Of a stretch of 64,000 bases of DNA, positions 1-11,086 are shown piece by piece. The translations under genes and the position numbers were made by a program. The notes under the pieces are model-generated. The model worked only from the letters and a program-made list of their open reading frames with translations, was not told where the DNA came from and made no database searches. Positions within the stretch are counted from its first letter, which is position 1. Each line of letters starts with the position of its first letter. Source of the DNA: an uncultured Chloroflexia bacterium. Lineage in GTDB: Bacteria > Chloroflexota > UBA6077 > JACCZL01. The stretch spans positions 96,001-160,000 of the forward strand of contig CAVXYC010000019.1 in the NCBI GenBank assembly GCA_963765765.1. Reading direction: 5' to 3'.

Positions 1-232
1 ATTTGCGCTTGGGCAGGTGCTGCCAGCGCCTGAAACACTTGGCCTTGACTTCGCCTTCACCGCCCTCTTTATCGCCTTGCTGGTTCCCCTGGTGCGCTCA
101 TTGGGCGCCGCAGTGGCTTTGTTGGTAGCGGCAGTGGTGAGCGTGCCGCTTGTTCCCTTGACGGGCCTTGGTGTGGCCGTGGCAATTGGTGGTGCGCTCG
201 GGGCGATTATCGGCGGAATCTTTGAGCGCTGA
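1..232 (+). CDS. azlC: AzlC-family branched-chain amino acid exporter, large subunit (5'-truncated by window)
   Basis: Hydrophobic C-terminus with 'LGLDFAFTALFIALLVP', typical of AzlC; followed by a small AzlD-like ORF. Confidence 0.75.
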   Translation, partial: FALGQVLPAPETLGLDFAFTALFIALLVPLVRSLGAAVALLVAAVVSVPLVPLTGLGVAVAIGGALGAIIGGIFER

Positions 233-530
233 CTTCTGGCCGGCGATCTTCGTGTTGGGCGTCGTTGTCTATATTTCCAGAATCCTGGGGCTTGTGGTTA
301 TTCCCGCGGGTGCGATATCGCCGGCGCTCGAGCGCCGACTACGTTTGGTTCCTGTCGCGATTCTCACAGCGCTCATCGCGCCCAACCTCGCCACTCCCAA
401 CGGAGTGCAGGACCCGTCGATCCTAACGGCAGCAGCGGCCACGGCGATTATCTCGGCGATAACGAAACAGCCCGTGATGGCGCTGCTCGCCGGAATGCTG
501 GCGTTGGCGGGCGTCCGCGCGATGGTCTGA
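222..530 (+). CDS. azlD: AzlD domain membrane protein
   Basis: ~100-aa hydrophobic ORF overlapping the azlC stop; 'YISRILG...LRLVPVAILTALIAP' pattern; TTG start at 222 is inferred. Confidence 0.7.
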   Translation: MSADFWPAIFVLGVVVYISRILGLVVIPAGAISPALERRLRLVPVAILTALIAPNLATPNGVQDPSILTAAAATAIISAITKQPVMALLAGMLALAGVRAMV

Positions 531-847
531 GCTCATTGCCTCGGGTCGTGATTCTCCAGGGGGCTAACCTCATTTGGCAATTGAGCAGCGGGACGCCGGA
601 GCGACCTCAAACGCTGGTGAGTGGCTGTCTCGGCTCGAGTGAACGATGACGACCAGCGCAGCCGGCTGAACGTCCGGGGCGCTCTCCCAAGAATACCGAC
701 TAGTCTACAGAGCCAGGCCGGCCAGGGTGCACGGTTGCACCCCAATCTTTTTGCACTTTGGCGGCCCGCGACCGTATTCTTTTAGTTCCTACTGCGGACG
801 GGCCGATGTTGTCCTGTTCCCTTTTTCACTCTACGCGTAAGGGAGTC

Positions 848-3800
848 ATGAGGACACATCACATGCACGTGCCATCCCGCACCCCGTTTAGTGCTCTGCC
901 CGCGAAGAGTGGGCTATACGATCCGCAGTTCGAGCACGATGCATGCGGCGTGTCGTTTGTTTGCGATATCAAGGGCCGCGCGACTCACGATATCGTGTCC
1001 ACTGCGCTCGGTGCGCTCTGTAATCTGGAGCATCGAGGCGCTACAGGTGCTCAAGCCAACACCGGCGACGGAGCTGGTGTGCTCATCCAGATGCCAGACC
1101 GCTTCCTTCGAGCGGTCGTTGATTTTGACTTACCACCAGCCGGCTCGTATGGCGTGGGGCTGGGCTTCCTTCCAGTAGACGAAACTTCTCGAAGCAAGGT
1201 GATCGTTCGCATAGAAGCGATCATGGCTGAGGAAGGTCTCAAGGTGCTCGGCTGGCGTGATGTTGAAGTCGATGCTTCCATCGTCGGCAGCATTGCTCAG
1301 AGCGTCATCCCGAGTTTCCGTCAGATTTTTGTGTCCGCTACGAGTGGCGCAAGCGGCATTGAGCTTGACCGCCTGCTCTTTGTTGCGCGCAAGCGATGTG
1401 AACACGAGATCCGAGAAGAGGGTGAGATCTATTTCCCGTCTCTCTCCTGCCCGGACACTTGTCTACAAAGGGATGCTCACCGCGCCGCAGGTGCGCGAGT
1501 TCTTCCCTGAATTGAAAGACGAGCGTATCGAGTCTGCGCTAGCTCTGGTTCACAGCCGTTTTTCTACCAACACGTTCCCGTCATGGCCGTTGGCACACCC
1601 TTATCGGTACATCGCGCACAACGGTGAGATCAACACCCTTCAAGGAAACCGTAACTTCATGCGCTCCCGCGAAGCGCTCATGGAGACGGCCAACATACCG
1701 GGGCTGGATCGCGCGTTCCCAATCATCACTCCTGACGCGTCGGACACGGCGAGCTTCGACGAGTGTCTTGAGCTCCTGCACCTGGCCGGACGACCGATAT
1801 GGCACGCCGTGCTGATGATGATCCCGGAGGCGTGGGAGAACCACGCGACGATGTCCGCGGAGAAGCGCGCCTTCTATCGTTTCCACGCTTCGATGCTCGA
1901 AGCGTCGGGACGGACCTGCGTCGATTGCCTTCACAGATGGGACGGTCATTGGCGCGGTGTTGGATCGCAACGGTCTCCGTCCGAGCCGTTTTTGGGTGAC
2001 CGATGATGATCGCGTCATCATGGCGAGCGAAACGGGTGTGGTGGACGTGGATCCTGCCCGTATCGTGACCAAGGGACGGCTCCAGCCCGGACGCATGTTC
2101 CTCGTTGACACCGCCGAAGGGCGAATCGTGGACGACGAGGAGATCAAGTCTCGGCTTGCCTCCGAGCATCCATACGCCGCGTGGCTCGATGCCGGCATGG
2201 TGAACCTGAACAACCTGCCAGAGCGCAAGCACATCGTACATACGCATCGGACGGTGGTCCATCAGCAGGCGACGTTCGGCTATACGCATGAGGAGCTCAA
2301 GCTCATCATCTCGCCCATGGCGAAGTCGGCTTATGAGAGCATCGGTTCGATGGGGACTGACACGCCGGTGGCGGTACTCTCTGAGCGTCCGCGCCTCCTA
2401 TTCGATTATTTCCAGGAGCTATTCGCGCAGGTTACCAATCCGCCGCTGGATGCGATCCGCGAGGAGCTAGTCACCTCGCTCAGCTCCACGATCGGTCCCG
2501 AGGGAAACCTCCTCATGCCCGGGCCGGATTCCGTGCGACAGGTCGAGATTCCCTATCCGATCATCGACAACGACGATCTCGCGAAATTGATCTATATCAA
2601 TGAGGACGGCCAGTTTCCGCATCTGAAAGCAAGCGTCATCTACGGTCTGTTCCCGACGGCCGGCGGCGGCGAGGCGCTCAAGGAAGCGTTGGACCGTGTG
2701 CGCCAGCAGGCCGTCAAGGCGATTGAAGAGGGCGTGCGGGTGCTCGTTCTCTCCGATCGGGGGTCTGATGCCGAGTGGTCGCCAATTCCCTCTCTTCTCC
2801 TCACTTCAACCGTGCATCACCACCTCATTCACGAAAAGCTTCGCTCGAAGGTGGGACTGGTTGTGGAAACGGGCGATGCCCGGGAAGTGCACCACATGGC
2901 ACTCCTCGTTGGCTATGGCGCGGCCGCGATCAATCCATACCTCGCGTTCGAGTCCATTGAGGACATGATCGCTCAAAATCTGCACGGTCTTGGTGACATG
3001 GACCCCGACGTCGCCGTCCACAATTACATCAAGGCGGCTGGCAAGGGCGTGCTCAAGGTGATGTCTAAGATGGGCATCTCCACCGTGCAGTCGTATTGCG
3101 GCGCACAGGTTTTTGAGGCCATCGGATTGAACCGCACGCTCGTCGACCGGTATTTCACGGGGACCCTCTCGCGTATCGAAGGCATCGGCCTCCGGGAAAT
3201 CGGAGAAGAAACGTTACGCCGTCATGCGATGGCCTATGAACCGGCGCCGATCCGGCAGCGATCGACTTCGGCGGTGAAGTGCACTATCGCGTGCAAGGGG
3301 AACACCATAATTGGAACCCGGAGACCATTTATAAGCTGCAACACGCGACGCGCGCGAACGACCCCAAGTCCTTTCAGGAATTCTCCGCGCTCGTCGATGA
3401 CGAAAGCCGACGGCGCGCCAATCTTCGCGGGCTGTTGCAATTTCAGGTCGCCGAGGCGCCGATTTCGGTCGAGGAAGTGGAGCCGGCCAAGGAGATTGTC
3501 AAACGCTTTACGACGGGCGCCATGTCGTTCGGCGCGATCAGCAAGGAAGCACACGAAACGCTGGCGATCGCGATGAACCGCATCGGCGCGAAGAGCAATA
3601 CGGGCGAAGGCGGCGAAGACCCGGAGCGGTTCGCGCCGTTGCCGAACGGCGATCTAGAAATTCGCTATATTAAGCAAGTGGCGTCGGCCCGGTTCGGTGT
3701 CACCGCCCGACTATCTCGTGAATGCCGAGAGAGCTGCAAATTAAAATGGCGCAGGGCGCGAAGCCCGGCGAGGGCGGACAGTTGCCCGGCCATAAGGTCG

Positions 3801-5465
3801 ACGAAGTCATCGCGCGCTTGCGCTATGCGACCCCCGGTGTTTCATTGATCTCGCCACCTCCGCATCACGATATTTATTCCATCGAAGATTTGAAACAACT
3901 GATTTTCGATCTTAAAAAATGCCAATCCCGAGGCCGACGTTCCGTCAAATTAGTGTCTGAGGTAGGCGTGGGGACAGTGGCCGCCGGCGTGGCGAAAGCA
4001 CAAGCTGACAAGGTGTTGATCAGCGGCGATTCCGGCGGTACGGGCGCATCGCCGCTGTCTTCCATTAAATATGCCGGAATTCCCTGGGAACTTGGATTGG
4101 CGGAGACTCATCAGACGCTGGTTTTGAACGATCTGCGCGGCCGCATCAAGGTCGAAACGGACGGCCAGATGAAGACGGGACGTGATGTCGTGATCGCGGC
4201 GCTCTTAGGGGCGGAAGAGTTCGGCTTCTCCACGGCGCCCTTGATCGTTGAGGGCTGCATCATGATGCGGAAGTGCCATCTGAACACATGCCCGGTCGGC
4301 GTTGCGACCCAAAATCCCGTGTTGCGCAAAAAATTCACGGGCCAGCCCGAGCATGTCGTCAATTACTTTTTCATTCATCGCGGAAGAAATGCGTGCGCTG
4401 ATGGCGCAAGTTGGGTTTCCGGACCGTTGCGGAGATGATCGGCCGAGTCGATAAGCTCAAGGCTCATGCAAGCGCGTTGATCATTGGAAGGCGAAGGGGC
4501 TCGATCTGTCGCCGACTGTTGCATGTCTCCGAACGTGGGCCCGTGAGGTGGCAACAGCACTGTACGTGACCAAGCAGGATCACGGCCTGGCCGACATTCT
4601 GGATCAATACCCTAGTCGAACGCTGCCGAGCCGGCAATCGAACGGGGCGAAAAGGTCTGCAGTCGAGATACCGATCCGCAATATCAATCGAACGGCGGGC
4701 ACGATGTTTTATCGAGGTCACAGTGCAAAGACATACGGCGTCAACGGTCTGCCCGACGATACCATCGACATCAAGTTAACCGGCTCGGCCGGACAGAGTC
4801 CTTCGGCGCGTTTCTTCCCAAGGGCATCACACTCGACATTGGAAGGCGAAGCAAACGATTATCTCGGCAAAGGCCTCTCGGGCGGAAAGATCATCGTCGT
4901 GCCTCCGAAGGCAAAGCGACGTTCGCGTTCCCGAGGAAACGATTATTGATCGGCAACATGGCGCTCTACGGGGCGACCTCGGGCGAGTGTTATTGCTATG
5001 GGACGGTGGGCGAGCGGTTCGCCGTGCGAAATCGCGGCGTGCGCGCTGTCATCGAAGGGCGTTGGCGATCACGGCTGTGAGTACATGACGGGCGGAGGTC
5101 GTTGTGGTGCTCGGCCGAACGGGACGGAATTTCGCCGGCGGGCATGTCCGGAGGCGTCGCCTATGTTCTCGACCGAAGAATGAATTCGCGCCGCGCTGAA
5201 ATATGGGCATGGTCGAACTTGAAAAGGATCGAGGACCGAGGAGCTCAATCGCTGGCTTCGTACACTGATCGAGCAGCATGTGGAGCTCACTGGGCTGCCG
5301 GAATGCCAAGCAGGCTGTGGCTGATTGGAACGCATCGGCGCCAAACAATTCGTGAAGATCATGCCAAAGGATTATAAGCGGGTGCTCGCGGATCATGCGT
5401 AAGCCGAGGAAAAGCAGCTTTGAAAGCAGAGACCTGTCCCTAATGATGGGGCGGCACATGGGTGA
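848..5465 (+). CDS. gltB: Glutamate synthase large subunit (multiply frameshifted in this assembly)
   Basis: HDACGV amidotransferase N-terminus, [54 protein letters not shown] ([3Fe-4S]) and [11 protein letters not shown] are spread over ORFs 758-1510, 1257-2006, 1957-3576, 3279-3848, 3722-4438, 4548-4949 and 4998-5183; end is approximate. Confidence 0.95.
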
Positions 5466-6915
5466 GGTCCCACGGGCTTTCTCAAATGGAAGCGTGAGAC
5501 GGCCAACTCGCCGGCCTGTGCCAGATCCGTCTCGAGGATTGGCGCGAAATGTACGAGCCGTTTCCTCACGACAAGCTGATGGTTCAGGGGGCTCGCTGTA
5601 TGGACTGCGGCGTGCCGTTTTGCCACCAGGGATGCCCCCTCGGCAATCTGATTCCCGAGTGGAACGATCTGGTCTATCGTGATCAGTGGCGGGATGCGAT
5701 CGAGGGCATTGCACACGACAAACAATTTTCCGGAGTTTACCGGACGTCTTGTGTCCCGCGCCGTGCGAGGTTCCGTGCGTGCTCGGTATCAATCAGGATC
5801 CGGTCTCGATCAAGCAGATCGAGGTCGAGATTGTCGATCGTGCCTGGTCAGAAGCATGGATTAAGCCCCAGGTGCCCCAGGTCAAATCCGGGAAGCGCGT
5901 CGCGGTCGTTGGATCCGGGCCGTCAGGTTTGGCCGCGGCTCAGCAGCTTACCCGAGCCGGTCATGACGTGATTGTCTATGAACGTGCTGATCGTATTGGG
6001 GGGTTACTTCGGTACGGTATTCCTGAGTTCAAAATGGAGAAGCGGCACCTCGATCGGCGGCTCATGCAGATGCGGGCGGAGGGCACAGAGTTTCGAACCG
6101 AGTGCAACGTTGGCGTCAACATGAGTGTGGACGAGCTCAAAAATGGACATGACGCAATCGTCCTGGCGGGTGGGGCCACGGCCTGGCGTGACCTTCCAAT
6201 CCCAGGACGCGAACTCACGGGCATCTATCAAGCCATGGAGTATTTGCCGATCTCCAACCGCGTCCAGGAGGGTGACCTCGCGGCCCCCTCGATAACCGCT
6301 GAAGGGAAGCACGTTGTCATCATCGGTGGCGGCGATACCGGCGCCGACTGCCTGGGCACATCCCATCGGCAGGGTGCAGCCTCCGTGCATCAATTCGAGA
6401 TTCTGCCTCGGCCGCCGGATTCCCGCGCGTCCACGAACCCATGGCCGCTCTACTCAAATATTTTCCGCGTGTCATCAGCACATGAGGAGGGCGGTGAGCG
6501 CGTTTACAGCGTGAACACCGAGTGTTTCCTCGGCGATGAAAACGGGAACGTCCGAGCACTTCGAGCGCATGAGGTCGAGTTCAAGGACGGTCGATTCCAG
6601 AAGGTCGAGGGGACTGACTTCGAGCTCCCTTGCGAGCTCGTGCTTCTGGCCATGGGCTTCCTGGGCCCGCAGAAGGAAGGACTCCTCGAGCAGCTTGGCG
6701 TGGACCTCGATCCGCGCGGAAACGTTGCCCGCGACGCCAACTTCATGAGCAGCGAGCCTGGGGTCTTCGTGGCAGGTGACATGGGCCGCGGCCAGAGCCT
6801 CATCGTCTGGGCCATCGCCGAAGGCCGCTCCTGCGCCGCCGGTGTGGATAAATGGCTGATGGGTGACACGCTGCTGCCGGCCCCAATTGCGCCCACCGCG
6901 CGGCCTTTGATGTGA
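5458..6915 (+). CDS. gltD: Glutamate synthase small subunit (frameshifts in 5' part)
   Basis: [62 protein letters not shown]. Confidence 0.95.
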
Positions 6916-6941
6916 TACGCGGGTTCGGGGACATCATAGTT

Positions 6942-6973
6942 CCCTCACCCTACCCTCTCCCTTTGGGACAGGG
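6942..6973. repeat. Degenerate BoxC-like pyrimidine/purine palindrome
   Basis: CCCTCACCCTACCCTCTCCCTTTGGGACAGGG, a decayed copy of the arm of the 60273-60397 element. Confidence 0.55.
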
Positions 6974-7042
6974 TACCTATCTCACTTTTACGTCACGGAC
7001 GACGGGCAGGCCTGTCCCTGACTTGGGTGAGGACGGAGATAG

Positions 7043-7083
7043 TGCGATAGTCCCGGGACTGGTATCAGTCCGGGACTATCGCA
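7043..7083. terminator. Hairpin between convergent gltD and aminotransferase genes
   Basis: TGCGATAGTCCCGGGACTG-gtat-CAGTCCGGGACTATCGCA, ~18-bp stem with one bulge, overlapping the aminotransferase stop. Confidence 0.55.
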
Positions 7084-8281
7084 AGACCAGTTGACGCTCT
7101 ATCGCTCGCCCTAGCCGCTTGATGCCTTCTTCGATGCGCTCGGGGCCCATCATTGAGAAGTTGAGCCGCATGGTGTTCTGGCCACCTCGATCGGCATGGA
7201 ACGATTGGCCGGGGACGAAGGCGACATTCTCCTTCTCGATCGCCTCGGCGAGAAGCTCACGGGTGTTGACACCTTCGGGCAACATGACCCACACGAAGAG
7301 GCCGCCCTTGGCGCGGGTCCAGCGGGCACCTTCAGGGAAGTACGTTTCCATCGCGTCCAGGATCGCCGCGCGGCGTTCCTTATAGGTCGCCTTGATCTTC
7401 TCGACATGCCGATCGATGAACCCATCGCGGGCCACTTCATACGTGGCCATTTGTGGGGCGTTGGCGCTGTGCAGGTCCGCGGGCTGCTTGGCCATGACGA
7501 GCTGCTCGTAAAGCGCCGGGTCCGTGGCCACAATCCAGCCGAGTCGGAAACCGGGCGCGAGGATCTTTGAAAACGTGCCCAGGTAGATGACGTTGTTTTC
7601 GGTATCGAGAGCTTTAAGGGACGGTAGCGTTGCGCCTTCGTAGCGAAGCTCGCCATAGGGGTCGTCCTCGATGACTGGCACTGAATGTTTCAGCGCCACA
7701 TCAATGAGCTGCTGCCGCCGCGCGAGCGTCATGGATCGACCGCTGGGGTTCTGGAAATTGGGGAGCGCGTAGACGAATTTCACGGGGTTGTTGGAGAGGA
7801 TCTCGTCCAGCAAGTCGGACCGCATGCCGTCTTCGTCCATCGGGATGATGACGTACTGGGCCTCGTAACTGTCGAACGCCTGGAGTGCACCGAGATAGCT
7901 CGGGTTCTCCACGGCGACGTGATCGCCAGGGTCGATGAAAATCTTGCTCAAGAGGTCGAGCGCTTGCTGTGAGCCATTGGTGATGAGAATCTGATCTGCC
8001 CTGCAGGTGATTCCAAAACCATTGAGTCGTTCGGCAATGACTTCGCGGAGCGGCAGGTACCCCTCGGTGATGCTGTACTGAAGCGCCTGCTCACCCTGCT
8101 CACGCAGCACCTTGTCAAAAGCGGCGCGAAATTCTTCAATTGGGAAGAGCTCCGGAGCCGGAAGTCCGCCAGCGAGAGAGATGATGTTTGGCCGTGCCGT
8201 GACCTTCAGAATCTCTCGGATATCGGAGCTACGCATGCGCTGCGTACGTTTTGCGAACAACGCCTCCCAATCGGCAACCAC
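7076..8281 (-). CDS. PLP-dependent class I/II aminotransferase (LysN/2-aminoadipate transaminase-like)
   Basis: ISLAGGLP, ITNGSQQALD, NFQNPSG, EDDPYGEL, GTFSKILAPGFRLGW (PLP lysine), MRLNFS. Confidence 0.92.
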   Translation of the reverse strand: MVADWEALFAKRTQRMRSSDIREILKVTARPNIISLAGGLPAPELFPIEEFRAAFDKVLREQGEQALQYSITEGYLPLREVIAERLNGFGITCRADQILITNGSQQALDLLSKIFIDPGDHVAVENPSYLGALQAFDSYEAQYVIIPMDEDGMRSDLLDEILSNNPVKFVYALPNFQNPSGRSMTLARRQQLIDVALKHSVPVIEDDPYGELRYEGATLPSLKALDTENNVIYLGTFSKILAPGFRLGWIVATDPALYEQLVMAKQPADLHSANAPQMATYEVARDGFIDRHVEKIKATYKERRAAILDAMETYFPEGARWTRAKGGLFVWVMLPEGVNTRELLAEAIEKENVAFVPGQSFHADRGGQNTMRLNFSMMGPERIEEGIKRLGRAIERQLVLR

Positions 8282-8322
8282 GCCAGCCTCCCCTTCCCGT
8301 AATCCGACGGATCATAACAGTC

Positions 8323-8377
8323 TTAGGGGTTAGGGGTTAGGGGTTAGGGGTTAGGGGTTAGGGGTTAGGGGAAGGGG
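8323..8377 (+). repeat. Telomere-like heptamer tandem repeat (TTAGGGG)x7 + AAGGGG
   Basis: Seven perfect TTAGGGG units at 8323-8371, read directly. Confidence 0.97.
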
Positions 8378-8756
8378 ACAATGCGCTTAAGAAGTCGGTG
8401 AAGCATTTTCTGACACTCTTCGATCAAGGTGAATGCTTCACCACTGAGTCTCGGTCACACTAGCCAATCTCTGTGGCGAAGATTAACTGAGTATCGACTT
8501 CCGCTAGTGAGCCGAGTGAATGGAGATAAAATGTGTGAAGTCGCGACGTGACCGCCTTGCGTGTCCCTCAGCGATGTTCGAAGGTACCGAAACAGCGGCC
8601 CGGTGAATCTACGCTCTAAGCCCATAAGCTTCCGACTGAGGAACCCCCTGCTAAGCCGATAAACAATGATGCAAGCGTCATCGAACGTTGCCACACGATA
8701 AGATCGTCATGACTCTTGACCTCATTCCGTGCGCTCGATCGACCGTCGACAGTCAC
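8365..8756 (-). pseudogene. Four-helix-bundle protein (23S rRNA intervening-sequence protein / Avd-like family), decayed
   Basis: Manual minus-strand translation across frameshifts gives KSHDDLIVWQRSMTLA...IVYRLSRGF(P)QSEAYGLRA*IHRAAVSVPSNIAEGHARRS..DFTHFISI..GSLAEVDTQLIFATEIG*...LIEECQKMLHRLLKR; in-frame TAGs at 8609-8611 and 8460-8462. Confidence 0.85.
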
Positions 8757-8762
8757 GCCTGC

Positions 8763-8793
8763 TCTAACTCCTAATCCCTTCCCCTGGCCCCTA
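8763..8793 (-). repeat. Degenerate heptamer repeat, inverted relative to 8323-8377
   Basis: Minus strand reads TAGGGG CCAGGGG AAGGGA TTAGGAG TTAGA; contains the AGGAG RBS of the four-helix-bundle gene. Confidence 0.7.
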
Positions 8794-10902
8794 TTTGTGC
8801 GTCATCACGTACACGCCGTCCCACTCTTCGGGTGGTGGATCGGCCATCAGGGCTTCGCAGCGTTCGAGGTAGAGGCTGGCGGGGGCGTCCTCGGGATCGA
8901 GTCGCAGAACTTCCTGGAACCGGGCAGCGGCGCCGAGCCAGTCACGGCTGCTGTAAAGGCGGCCGCCTTCTTCGTAGATGGACAGAGCTTGCAGTCGTTC
9001 GTTTGAAACTTCCCCCTTGCGTCCGATGAGCTCGTACACCGCGACGGGCGTGGACCGGCCTTTGACGATCACCAGGTCGAGATAACGGGTAACGTAGCCA
9101 TCTCCAACCGCGGATAGCGTACTGTCGCTCACGATGATGCTTGTGTCGTATTCCTTATTGAGGCCTTCCAGCCGGGACGCGAGGTTAACCGAATCACCCA
9201 TCACTGTGTAATCCAGCCGCCTCTGGGAGCCCATGTTCCCCACCGTCATCGCGCCTGTGTTGAGTCCGATTCCAATGCTGAGCTTCTGTTTGCCTTCCAT
9301 ATGCCAGCGGTTGTTGAGAGTTTCGAGCTCGCGCATCATATCTACGGCCGTATCGCAAGCTCGGCGAGCATGGTCAGCCTGGGGACGTGGAGCCCCCCAG
9401 AACGCCATGATCGCATCGCCCATGTACTTGTCGACGGTGCCACGGTGGTGAAAGATCACATCGGTCATCTCGGTCAAATACGCATTCAGCGTTTGAACCA
9501 GCTCCTGCGGGTCAATCGTCTCTGAATAGCTGGTAAATCCGCGCAAGTCGGAAAACATGACCGTCATCTCACGCTTCTCACCGCCTAGCCGCACGCTCTC
9601 CGGATTCGCGGCAACCTCTTGCATGACGTCGGGTGACAGATACTGGGAAAGCGCCCCACGGAGAGCTCGCTGCTGACGCTGTTCGAAGATCGTTCGGTAC
9701 AGCATGACACCGCCCGAGGAGAGCAGAAGAGCGACAGGCGGATAGAAAAGGTTCAGTAGGACGCTTGGGATCGGGATTGGTCCAAGCTGATAGTTCAACT
9801 TGACTGCGTCGAAGAGGAGAAAGGCCAGGCCTACATAGACGGCGAGCGCCAGGGCGTTGACGCCAAAGGCCGCGAGCGGCGGCAATATGACCAGAGCCAG
9901 TCCAGCTATCAAAGCTGCGAGGAAGATTGAAGCCGTCGTCACTGATTGCGGAGCCGGTATTAAGAAGTCAGCCTGAATGAGTGTCTCCGCGGCATTCGAA
10001 TGAATCTCGACACCATCCATGCGCTCTCGAATCGATGGCGGCGTCCAATAATCGTCAGCGAACGCGAGCGCGGTAACGCCAATGAACACGAGCTTGCCAT
10101 CGAAGATCCCTGGCGGAAAGGTCCCATTCAGTACGTCGACGAACGGTACCACCGTGAATGCTGACTTACGGGTGGAATCAGAAGGCGCTCCGCGGAAGTT
10201 GACGAGGATATTCGTATCGTCGTCAACGGGGACTTGCCTTCCTGCAAATGGAAATGTCCCGTCCTGGATAGGACCATCCGGAACTTGAGGCCGTCGCAAA
10301 AAGCGGGTCACCGCGGCCAGTGGCAGGGCAGGAACGTCGGCATCGACATTGTTCACGCGAATGAACATAGGCGCTCGCCGCACCGTGCCGTCCGAGTCGG
10401 GCGCCTGATTCGCGTGGCCCAACAATGGCGAGACTGAAGCGAGCTCCGTCGTGGGGCGGATCAGTGAGCCGTATGACTGCGGACCGGGCCCCGGCGGCAT
10501 GGCCGTACCCGGATCACCGGCCACCGGCTGCACCACGTTGCCATGCGCTGCCATGGCCTGCGCAAGCTCGTCATCGCCTGGCGCAGGCGCATCAAAAAGG
10601 ATGTCCAGCGCAATAGTGCGCGCTCGCGCTTGAGTGAGCTGCTCTATCACCTGAGCATGCAGCGTACGAGGCCACGTAAAGAATCGCCCGTACTCTCGTA
10701 GCTCCTGCAGGGAGCGATCGTCTACACCGACGATAACCGTTCTGGATGCCGCGAGATCGCCACGCGCCTTAAAGAGGAAGTCGGTGCTTTGTTGCTGGAG
10801 CCGGGTAAAAAGGCCGCCCATAAAAGCAAGGTTGAGTAGAAGGCCCAAACTCAAGCTAAGGCTCAGACCGACGAGGAGTCGGCGTAGGAATCGACGCGAC
10901 AT
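8791..10902 (-). CDS. CHASE2-domain class III adenylate/guanylate cyclase with C-terminal TPR-like region
   Basis: VIVGVDD..L, WPR..HA, IALDILF, DSDGTVRR, MDGVEIH, TM helices, then FSDLRGFT, VDKYMGDAIMAFWGAP, GDSVNLASRLE. Confidence 0.93.
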   Translation of the reverse strand: MSRRFLRRLLVGLSLSLSLGLLLNLAFMGGLFTRLQQQSTDFLFKARGDLAASRTVIVGVDDRSLQELREYGRFFTWPRTLHAQVIEQLTQARARTIALDILFDAPAPGDDELAQAMAAHGNVVQPVAGDPGTAMPPGPGPQSYGSLIRPTTELASVSPLLGHANQAPDSDGTVRRAPMFIRVNNVDADVPALPLAAVTRFLRRPQVPDGPIQDGTFPFAGRQVPVDDDTNILVNFRGAPSDSTRKSAFTVVPFVDVLNGTFPPGIFDGKLVFIGVTALAFADDYWTPPSIRERMDGVEIHSNAAETLIQADFLIPAPQSVTTASIFLAALIAGLALVILPPLAAFGVNALALAVYVGLAFLLFDAVKLNYQLGPIPIPSVLLNLFYPPVALLLSSGGVMLYRTIFEQRQQRALRGALSQYLSPDVMQEVAANPESVRLGGEKREMTVMFSDLRGFTSYSETIDPQELVQTLNAYLTEMTDVIFHHRGTVDKYMGDAIMAFWGAPRPQADHARRACDTAVDMMRELETLNNRWHMEGKQKLSIGIGLNTGAMTVGNMGSQRRLDYTVMGDSVNLASRLEGLNKEYDTSIIVSDSTLSAVGDGYVTRYLDLVIVKGRSTPVAVYELIGRKGEVSNERLQALSIYEEGGRLYSSRDWLGAAARFQEVLRLDPEDAPASLYLERCEALMADPPPEEWDGVYVMTHK

Positions 10903-11086
10903 TGCTGGCAGCCTCCGGCGCCAGTCTACTCAGTCCGTTTGATGGCGGCAAATGACACTAGGAACCAAAGTGCGGGGATAAGGAGCCTGAAGAGAATGCG
11001 GGTGAGGTAAGATTGATCGGCACACGCGAATTTGAAGAACAGAAACACTCATCGCTGACGCTTGATAGCCCACTTTCGGTGCGAAA

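Noticed and set aside
8323-8377. Eukaryotic telomere or contamination
   Set aside because: The tract is short, internal, flanked by bacterial genes and matched by an inverted degenerate copy; it fits a bacterial heptamer repeat.
8397-8442. 11-bp inverted repeat GGTGAAGCATT/AATGCTTCACC as an operator
   Set aside because: It lies inside the four-helix-bundle coding remnant with a 24-nt spacer and has no independent support.
8365-8756. Diversity-generating retroelement (Avd-like gene)
   Set aside because: No reverse transcriptase and no TR/VR repeat pair were seen in the window.
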